Shown piece by piece: positions 19,360 to 26,596 of a stretch of 47,210 nt of DNA. The notes under the pieces are model-generated. The model saw only the letters and a list, made by a program, of their open reading frames with translations. It was not told the origin of the DNA and ran no database searches. Within the stretch, counting starts at the first letter, position 1. Each line of letters starts with the position of its first letter. Source of the DNA: an uncultured Collinsella sp. (GTDB lineage: Bacteria > Actinomycetota > Coriobacteriia > Coriobacteriales > Coriobacteriaceae); NCBI GenBank assembly GCA_900548495.1, contig URKT01000001.1, positions 1 to 47,210 of the forward strand. The letters are read 5' to 3'. The translations under genes and the position numbers were made by a program.

Positions 19360-19939
19360 CGCAGGACTCCTCAGAGGTCTCGGCGGGCGTATAGGTGTAA
19401 TACTGAGCCGACTTGGCTACAGACTTCTGGCCATCATCGTCGCCCGCGGCGGCCTCGTCCTCGCCAATTAGGACGCGCTCGGTAGGCCGCTCTGCCTCCG
19501 CAGCAGCAGCGGCGAGCTTGCGCTCGGTGTCAGCTGCAGGAGCCTTCACCTTATTGAAGAGCTTCTGAACAGCACCGGCGGCAGAGTCGGTCACGCTCGA
19601 CACAGCATTGCTGGCCTCGGACATGCTGCCCGTAACCTCGGAAATGTCGCGAACCACGGCTTCGACCTCTACGAGATTGGAGGTAAGAGCATCAACTGCC
19701 GTCTTGCTCGACTTAAGCAGCGGCTCCATCTGGGCAAGCGCCGGCGTAAGCTCATCGACAGCGCCATCGAGCTTTGCCACCACAGGCTGAGCCTCGGCGA
19801 TGGTGTTGTTAAGGTCGTTCACGGTCTTATCGAGCGAGTCGACAACGGTGCGGGTCTTACGCAGGGTAAGCGCGAGCTCAACGATAGCCCACACGCCGGC
19901 AACGGCGAGCAACAGCAGGGCGATTTGAATGGGACTCAT
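19352..19939 (-). CDS. DUF948/YoxC-like membrane-anchored coiled-coil protein
   Basis: N-terminal TM helix followed by a heptad-like helical region; GGGAGG RBS; overlaps the anti-sigma start. Confidence 0.7.
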   Translation of the reverse strand: MSPIQIALLLLAVAGVWAIVELALTLRKTRTVVDSLDKTVNDLNNTIAEAQPVVAKLDGAVDELTPALAQMEPLLKSSKTAVDALTSNLVEVEAVVRDISEVTGSMSEASNAVSSVTDSAAGAVQKLFNKVKAPAADTERKLAAAAAEAERPTERVLIGEDEAAAGDDDGQKSVAKSAQYYTYTPAETSEESCDE

Positions 19940-20039
19940 ACAAGCCTCCCAAAGGAATCGAAATACAGACGGTTTCCATGGTACCCCAAAGGGGACCGAA
20001 CATGCCAAGAGCAGCAACGTGGGACAAAATTATCAGCAG

Positions 20040-21389
20040 CTACTTCGGTGCATTCCCGCTGCGGTCGCGTTCACTTTGCTCTACGCGCCACTCTTCCCAA
20101 CCGCGGCCGGCAGGCTGCCAGAACGCGCCGCGCTCCAGTCCCTCGGGCAAATAGCGCTGATCGACCCAGCCTTCGGGATAATCGTGCGGATACTTATACA
20201 CACCGTATTCATCGCTGCCCGGGCGATGGCGATCGCGCAGATAACTCGGCACCTCGCGAAGCCCACTAGAATGGATATCGGCCAGCGCCGCATCAATGGA
20301 CGCCTCACAGGCATTGGACTTAGGCGCCAAACAAACATAGAGCGCAGCCTGCGCGAGGTTAATACGGCACTCGGGATAGCCAATAACCTCGGCAGATTTA
20401 AACGCAGCATGCGCTATAAGAAGAGCCTGCGGATCGGCATTGCCAACATCCTCGGAAGCATGAATCATGATGCGGCGGGCGATAAACTTGGGATCCTCCC
20501 CCGCATCGATCATACGGGCAAGCCAATAGACGGTGGCATCGGGGTCGCTGCCACGCATGGATTTAATAAACGCACTGATAACGTCGTAGTGCATGTCGCC
20601 GTTTTTGTCATACGTAAAGCCGCGACGCGGGTTGGCGATCTTCACGTCATCCACGGTGATGGGATAGCGCTCCCCCGCCGCCGGCGCTGGCGTTCCCTCG
20701 GTATCGGGACGCGTGACGGCAATCTCGCTCGCAAGCTCGAGCGTCGTGAGCGCCGAGCGAGCGTCACCCGCTGCCAGCGTGCAGATGGTCTTGACCGTAT
20801 CCTCATCGGCCGAGAACTTACCGTTCAAGCCCTGCGGTGCCTCAAGCGCACGTTCAATAAGCGTGGCGATATCCTCATCCTTCAGATGCTCAAGCTCCAC
20901 GACGCGACCACGTGAGAGCAGTGCCGAGTTGACCTCGAAGTACGGATTCTCCGTCGTGGCGCCAATCATAATGACGGTACGGTTCTCAACCGCATGCAGC
21001 AAGGCATCCTGCTGAGACTTGGAAAAGCGGTGAATCTCGTCGATAAACAGGATGGTGCGACGGTCGTACGTATTCAGGCGCGTCTTGGCCTCGTCAATCA
21101 CGCGGCGCAAGTCCTTCACGGTACCCGTCACGGCGCTGACCTCGACAAACTCGCTCTTGGTATGGTTGGCGATAATATGGGCCAGCGTCGTCTTACCCGT
21201 ACCGGCAGGCCCGTACAGAATCACGCTCGAAAGCACATCGTGCTCAATCGCGGCACGCAGCCATGAACCCTTACCGACGGCCTTTTGCTGGCCCACGTAC
21301 TCGTCGAGCGAATTGGGTCGCATGCGCACCGCGAGCGGCGCATTTTTAAAGGAACGCTCGCGCGTCGAGGCAGAAAAAAGGTCGTCCAT
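20040..21389 (-). CDS. rarA: Replication-associated recombination protein A (RarA/MgsA)
   Basis: APLAVRMRP, GPAGTGKTT, DEIHRF, ATTENP, SAFIKSMRGSDPD. Confidence 0.95.
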   Translation of the reverse strand: MDDLFSASTRERSFKNAPLAVRMRPNSLDEYVGQQKAVGKGSWLRAAIEHDVLSSVILYGPAGTGKTTLAHIIANHTKSEFVEVSAVTGTVKDLRRVIDEAKTRLNTYDRRTILFIDEIHRFSKSQQDALLHAVENRTVIMIGATTENPYFEVNSALLSRGRVVELEHLKDEDIATLIERALEAPQGLNGKFSADEDTVKTICTLAAGDARSALTTLELASEIAVTRPDTEGTPAPAAGERYPITVDDVKIANPRRGFTYDKNGDMHYDVISAFIKSMRGSDPDATVYWLARMIDAGEDPKFIARRIMIHASEDVGNADPQALLIAHAAFKSAEVIGYPECRINLAQAALYVCLAPKSNACEASIDAALADIHSSGLREVPSYLRDRHRPGSDEYGVYKYPHDYPEGWVDQRYLPEGLERGAFWQPAGRGWEEWRVEQSERDRSGNAPK

Positions 21390-21450
21390 AGCCATCCCGT
21401 GCATCAATCAAAAACGTTTTCAACTAACCAGTATACCGAATATATACGAA

Positions 21451-22698
21451 CTACCGTTCGTTAATATAGGTACGGTGCGGAAACTCCAGACCAGGGAACA
21501 GCTTGCTCGTCAGTTCGCAGAAATAACCGTCCGTCATGCTCGCGATATAATCCACCACGGCTTGATCCTTGTCGTCCTGCCAGGCATAGGTGCGATCGTA
21601 GTAGAAAAGCTGCTGCTCAATGCGCGAAATATGGTGCTTAAAGATGTACGAAGACTCGTCGCCTTCATTTATGTCCTGCAGGCAACGGTCGTAGAGCTTT
21701 ACGAACGCCTCGCGCAGCTCCGCCTCGGAATCGCCTTCGATACCGCCCTTGCTATAGATCTTCTCGTAGTTCTCGCGCTTGGCTCGGCGAATTTCCTCAA
21801 ACAGGTCCTCGCTCATCTCGATGCGCGGCTTACCATAGCTGTGCTCAACGATATCGATGGAGGCATGCGTGAGGATCCAACTGTTGTAGGCACCGCCCCG
21901 GCCATCATCAAAAGCGTCGGGCGAAAGCAGGCCCGCCGCGATCGCATCCTGACGGTCACGACCGACGTAGGCAAGGATATCCGAGATGCGGACCACACAG
22001 CCTTCGAGCGTCATGGGACGCAGGTGCTCAATTGCTCTATAGCCCGTGGCAATGCAATCCTCAACCGTCTGGTCAAACTGGTCAAAGGAGCTCATGTCCG
22101 AGAGCTCAAACACACGCTGCTCGTACTCGCCGTTATGGCATAGCACGCCGTCGAGCGTCTGGAGCGACACGTTGCGGCCATACAACGCGTCGAGCACGCG
22201 GACCGACTGCACGTTATGGAAAAAATAACGCCCCGTACGCTCATGATAGATATCGTTGACGAAGCGCTCGCCGGCATGGCCGAAAGGCGTGTGTCCCAAG
22301 TCGTGGCCCAGGCCAATCGCCTCGATCAGATCGCAGTTGAGCCCCAGGGCGCGACCGATATCGCGCGCAATGCGAGACACAAGCTGCACGTGCAAACCGC
22401 GGCGTGACAGATCGTCATTGCTACGGAAGCTAAAGACCTGCGTTTTACCTGCATAACGGGTGTACGCCGGAAGATGAAGAATCTTTTCAGTATCGCGCAT
22501 AAACGCCGGACGCATAAGCGTGCCTTTGTCGGCGGCGCGATCAATACGACGAATGACCTGATCATCGTTGCAACGATACGGGTTGACATAGCCCGAAGCA
22601 CGATCGGCGACAATGCGCTCGACTAGTTCGGGCGACAACGCCGAGGGAATACGGTCCATGCGCGCCTTAATGACGGCCGTTTCTTGATTAGATGCCAT
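21451..22698 (-). CDS. dgt: Deoxyguanosinetriphosphate triphosphohydrolase-like HD protein
   Basis: KTQVF, GHDLGHTPFGHAGE, HNVQSVR, DYIASMTD. Confidence 0.85.
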   Translation of the reverse strand: MASNQETAVIKARMDRIPSALSPELVERIVADRASGYVNPYRCNDDQVIRRIDRAADKGTLMRPAFMRDTEKILHLPAYTRYAGKTQVFSFRSNDDLSRRGLHVQLVSRIARDIGRALGLNCDLIEAIGLGHDLGHTPFGHAGERFVNDIYHERTGRYFFHNVQSVRVLDALYGRNVSLQTLDGVLCHNGEYEQRVFELSDMSSFDQFDQTVEDCIATGYRAIEHLRPMTLEGCVVRISDILAYVGRDRQDAIAAGLLSPDAFDDGRGGAYNSWILTHASIDIVEHSYGKPRIEMSEDLFEEIRRAKRENYEKIYSKGGIEGDSEAELREAFVKLYDRCLQDINEGDESSYIFKHHISRIEQQLFYYDRTYAWQDDKDQAVVDYIASMTDGYFCELTSKLFPGLEFPHRTYINER

Positions 22699-22729
22699 GG
22701 CATGCTCCTTAAGAAGGATGCGCAATCGG

Positions 22730-23152
22730 TTACAATGTGCAGCCCACGACCTCGATTATGGCAAAAATCGGCACTAAAAACGGGAGCAATGGCAGGGAGC
22801 GCGATTTTGTGAAGAGGCAGGAGAGGGCCAGGGCCAGGAGTGCGACGGCAAATGCCACGATGCCACCCATAGGGTCGAGCGTGCAAAGCGCGAAGAGCGC
22901 CTTGGCATCCCCCATGCCGATGCCCGGCGCGTGGCGAAGGCGCCGCCAGAGCGACTCAGTGAGCACAAGGGCAAGGTAGACGATGACCGCAAGACCGGCG
23001 TGGTCAAGCGCCGTATTAACACCTTTGTCGAGCCAAACGCCTGCTAACGCCGCCACGGCACACGCGCCGGCAAGCTCATTGGGAAAGCGTCGCTCACGGG
23101 CATCAACCACCGCACCGGCAAAGATGCAAATCCAAAATGGGATGTAGGACAT
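22730..23152 (-). CDS. Prepilin peptidase, short A24 family (TadV/CpaA-like)
   Basis: DARERRFPN and GMGDAK aspartate motifs; hydrophobic; GGAGG RBS. Confidence 0.8.
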   Translation of the reverse strand: MSYIPFWICIFAGAVVDARERRFPNELAGACAVAALAGVWLDKGVNTALDHAGLAVIVYLALVLTESLWRRLRHAPGIGMGDAKALFALCTLDPMGGIVAFAVALLALALSCLFTKSRSLPLLPFLVPIFAIIEVVGCTL

Positions 23153-23183
23153 TGTGCACCTCCATGGTCAGCTGCTCAAACGC

Positions 23184-23225
23184 AAAAACCACCACAAAGG
23201 TGCCTGTCCCCTATGCGGTGGTTTT
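23184..23225. repeat. Imperfect hairpin related to the one at 30977-31015; probable terminator/REP
   Basis: aaaaaccaccacaa...tgcggtggtttt. Confidence 0.6.
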
Positions 23226-23233
23226 GGTGGTGG

Positions 23234-24529
23234 TTATTTGGCGCCTTGCATGACCTCGTCGAGAGTAACGTTGACAGCGTGCTGCGTCGGGACCCAGTCG
23301 ACCTTTAGGAACAGAGCAGCCACCGTGATGGGGATATAGCTGAACATAAAGATCGGGAAGGTAAACAGGTTGGTCACTAAACGCCACTTTTGCGCGCAAT
23401 GAATGTGCTTGTACTCGAAGATGGTCGTGAGTAGCGCCAGGATAAAGAAGGTCTGGTACATCATCACGAAGGTCATAATGAGCGAGGCGGCACAAGCCTG
23501 CATCTCGACCTCGGTGGCCAAGAAGCCGTGCGAAAGCCCACCCACGATAAGGAACGTGGCATTGGCGAGCATAGAGATCAGGGACAGCAGCATGCCCGGA
23601 GCGATGGTCATAAACATGTCGTAGGCGGCAAAGCGATGGTAGCGGAAGGTTGACTTGACCAGATGCTTACCGTAGGTAAAGAACACCTGGTAAAAGCCCT
23701 TGGTCCACCGCATGCGCTGTTTCCAGGACGCCTTAAACGTCACGGGCTGTTCGTCAAAGAACTCCGCCGGCGCATAACCGATGCGAATACCGTGAATAGC
23801 GCAGAACGTAGTGAACTGAATGTCCTCGGTCAGCGTGTGGAACTGCCAACCGTGCATGCCCTCGATAACGCTTGACGAGATAAGGTAACCCGAACCCGAA
23901 ACAGCGCAGGACGTCTTGCAGATATTACGCGCGTTGTTGAGGAAGCGCGCCTCGCGTAGATACCACGTGGCATTAGCAGCCGAGATCCACGAGCTGCCGA
24001 AGTTCTTGGAATTGCGATAGCTCGTGACCACATGGAAGCCCTGGTCAAAGGCATCATTCATCTTGGAAACGTAATCGCGGGAGATAACGTTATCGGCATC
24101 GAAGATAAAGTAGCCCTCAAACGTGTCGGGATACTCGTTGAGAATGCGGTCGAAGCCAAAGTCCATGACCCAGCTCTTGCCCTTGCGGGCCAGGTCATTG
24201 CGCTCGTAAACAATGGCACCGGCCTCGCGCGCGAGCTGCGCCGTGTTGTCGGTGCAGGCATCGGCGACCACGAAGACCTCGATGAGCTCGGACGGATAAT
24301 CCTGGTCCTTGATGGAGCGAACGAGGTTGGCGATCACGGCCTCCTCATTATGCGCCGCGATAAAAAAGGCATAGCGATGGAGTTTTTTGGCCTTGGGAGG
24401 CGCGACCTCGCCACGAAGAGCGCCAATGACAAAGAAGACCACCTGGTACAGAAAGCAGACCGTGAGCAACGTGACAACAATCTGGTTGAAGATCACGATG
24501 GGTGTGTTGGTTTGTAAAAAGGCGAGCAT
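23234..24529 (-). CDS. Membrane-bound GT2 glycosyltransferase (processive type)
   Basis: AAHNEE, DACTD, FDAD, TED, QRMRW; N- and C-terminal TM helices. Confidence 0.9.
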   Translation of the reverse strand: MLAFLQTNTPIVIFNQIVVTLLTVCFLYQVVFFVIGALRGEVAPPKAKKLHRYAFFIAAHNEEAVIANLVRSIKDQDYPSELIEVFVVADACTDNTAQLAREAGAIVYERNDLARKGKSWVMDFGFDRILNEYPDTFEGYFIFDADNVISRDYVSKMNDAFDQGFHVVTSYRNSKNFGSSWISAANATWYLREARFLNNARNICKTSCAVSGSGYLISSSVIEGMHGWQFHTLTEDIQFTTFCAIHGIRIGYAPAEFFDEQPVTFKASWKQRMRWTKGFYQVFFTYGKHLVKSTFRYHRFAAYDMFMTIAPGMLLSLISMLANATFLIVGGLSHGFLATEVEMQACAASLIMTFVMMYQTFFILALLTTIFEYKHIHCAQKWRLVTNLFTFPIFMFSYIPITVAALFLKVDWVPTQHAVNVTLDEVMQGAK

Positions 24530-24611
24530 GCAGGCTCCCAGCAACGCGTAACGTAAACAATCGTATATCTTACCGCAGGCTTACCGAGTTCAAGAAACCA
24601 CCTAATACTGG

Positions 24612-25625
24612 CTAGGCTTCGAGAAGACCGAGCTGCGGAACGATTTCATCTCCAACGGCCGTGCGACCGAGCGAGCGCGGAGCCAGATCGTCGAGAACCG
24701 CAGCGAGATCCCACGGCAACTCGTCGCGGCACTCAATGCGCTCCCCCGTCACGGGATGGTCGAACGCCACGCGCCAGGAATGAAGGAACTGCCTGGTCAG
24801 CCCCTGGTCGGCGCGCGCATCGCACTTGCCGTAGAGTGGATCGCCCACGCAGGCGTGGTTGATATGACGCATATGCACGCGAATCTGGTGCGTGCGACCG
24901 GTAAACAGATGGCACTCAACGAGCGTATAACCATCGTCAAAGCGCGTGGAATCAAAGCGCTCGAGGACTTTAAAGGTCGTAATGGCCTGACGGGCAAAGG
25001 GGTCGTCCGAAACCGCCATCTTGACGCGGTCGCGCGTAGAACGGGCGATACCGGTATTGATGGTGCCCTCGTCCATGGCGATGTGCCCGTGGACAAGCGT
25101 GATATAGCGGCGGTCGAGCGTACGCGTGCGAATGAGATTTTGAAGCGCGCGCTGGGTGTCGTCGTCTTTTGCCGCGAGCATAAGGCCCGAGGTATCGCGA
25201 TCCAGGCGATGCACGATGCCGGGGCGGTCCTCACCCTGCACGGTACCAAGATGATCGATACCGCAGTGGTAGACCAAGGCGTTCGCAAGCGTGCCGCTCT
25301 CGTGACCGTGGGCGGGATGGCACACCAGCCCGCGCTGCTTGGAGAGCACAATGAGATAGTCGTCCTCATAGCGAATGTCGAGCGGGATGGCCTCGGGAAT
25401 CACATCGGTGGGATCGTGCGGCTCGGGCAGGTCGACCGAGATGCGATCACCGGCGCGTACGGCATACTTTTTTGACAGACAGGTCTCGCCGTTCACGATT
25501 ACGGCGCCGCCCTCGATCAGATGCGCGCAGGCAGAGCGCGTGGGGCAGCCGTCGTTGGCACCCAGAAAGGCGTCGAGACGCTGGCCAGAGCAATCGTCGG
25601 CAACAAGAATATGGATGTCGGCCAT
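24612..25625 (-). CDS. rluD: RluA/RluD family pseudouridine synthase
   Basis: S4 domain, GIVHRLDRDTSG, TGRTHQIRVH; follows lspA. Confidence 0.92.
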   Translation of the reverse strand: MADIHILVADDCSGQRLDAFLGANDGCPTRSACAHLIEGGAVIVNGETCLSKKYAVRAGDRISVDLPEPHDPTDVIPEAIPLDIRYEDDYLIVLSKQRGLVCHPAHGHESGTLANALVYHCGIDHLGTVQGEDRPGIVHRLDRDTSGLMLAAKDDDTQRALQNLIRTRTLDRRYITLVHGHIAMDEGTINTGIARSTRDRVKMAVSDDPFARQAITTFKVLERFDSTRFDDGYTLVECHLFTGRTHQIRVHMRHINHACVGDPLYGKCDARADQGLTRQFLHSWRVAFDHPVTGERIECRDELPWDLAAVLDDLAPRSLGRTAVGDEIVPQLGLLEA

Positions 25626-26224
25626 TAACGCTCATTCCTTTCGCGAATCTTGCGGGCACGCTCCCCACGCTGCTTGGCTTTGCGCTTGGCGCGGGCCTCA
25701 TCACGGGCATTGAGCTCAGCAGTCGCATCGACCTCGCGAGCGGCGGGACTCAAGAACATGTAACCGATAAGCGCCAGCACAACACCGACCGTAATGCCGA
25801 TATCGGCCACATTGAAGACGGGAAAGTCGATGAAGGTGGTGGCAATAAAATCGGTCACGAAGCCAAAGGCCAAACGATCGATAGCGTTGCCGATAGCACC
25901 GCCCGCAACCATCGCCATGCCCACAACCTCAAGATGGGCGAGCTGGGGTGCACGAACGAGGTACACGGCAATAGCGACAATGACCGCCAGCGCCAGCACG
26001 GCAAACGCGATGCCATGCCCCTCGCCCATGCTAAAGGCAGCGCCGATATTGCGGACAAACAGGAAGTCGATCACGCCGGGGATGACGGTCACATGCAGTG
26101 CATCGCCCACGGCACGAACCGCAAGCTTGGTCAGCTGGTCAACAAGCAGCACAACGAGCGCTACCCCACCAGCAACACCCAACCGCCAACGCAAAGGCGG
26201 CGTCATATCCCCAGTACGACCCAA
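25625..26224 (-). CDS. lspA: Lipoprotein signal peptidase II
   Basis: DQLTK, NIGAAFS, GAIGNAIDR, VTDF, FPVFNVAD; TTG start with AGGAG RBS, or ATG at 26206. Confidence 0.95.
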   Translation of the reverse strand: MGRTGDMTPPLRWRLGVAGGVALVVLLVDQLTKLAVRAVGDALHVTVIPGVIDFLFVRNIGAAFSMGEGHGIAFAVLALAVIVAIAVYLVRAPQLAHLEVVGMAMVAGGAIGNAIDRLAFGFVTDFIATTFIDFPVFNVADIGITVGVVLALIGYMFLSPAAREVDATAELNARDEARAKRKAKQRGERARKIRERNER

Positions 26225-26340
26225 ATCAATCTCCTACCCTCAAGAACATCGAATTACGTTAAACGTAAGTAACCATCTTATAGTGACAAACGCCAAACAC
26301 GCAGCATATTCACCAACGCTGGCGAAATAACCAGCACAAA

Positions 26341-26375
26341 ACAAAAGCGACATTCCGAATAACGGAATGTCGCTT
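26341..26375 (-). terminator. Intrinsic terminator downstream of ileS
   Basis: Perfect 13-bp IR aagcgacattccg / cggaatgtcgctt followed by a T-rich tract on the minus strand. Confidence 0.8.
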
Positions 26376-26458
26376 GATAGCTTTCGACTAAGAGCGAAAG
26401 CGAAAGAAAGCCTTTAGCTCCAGCAATGGAAACGCCGCGCTATCGTCACCAACAGCGA

Positions 26459-26556
26459 AAACGTCCCTAAGCGAGCAAGGTGACGTGAAAGAGGAGGGAA
26501 GCGTACTTTGGTACGCGACCGACGATTGAACGTCAGATTGCCGCTTAGGGGCGTTT
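26459..26556. other. About 100-nt rod-like structured element (candidate repeat or ncRNA)
   Basis: Four nested helices separated by purine-rich internal loops. Confidence 0.55.
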
Positions 26557-26596
26557 GCAGCGTCGGTAGGTTACGGCGTTCTACGAACGCCGTAAC

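Noticed and set aside
21451..22698. dGTPase as an anti-phage defence gene
   Set aside because: Housekeeping context with no neighbouring defence or mobile genes
26233..26265. GTTTAA...GGGTAG upstream of lspA as a SigB-type promoter
   Set aside because: 19-nt spacer is too long, and the GGGTAG overlaps the RBS
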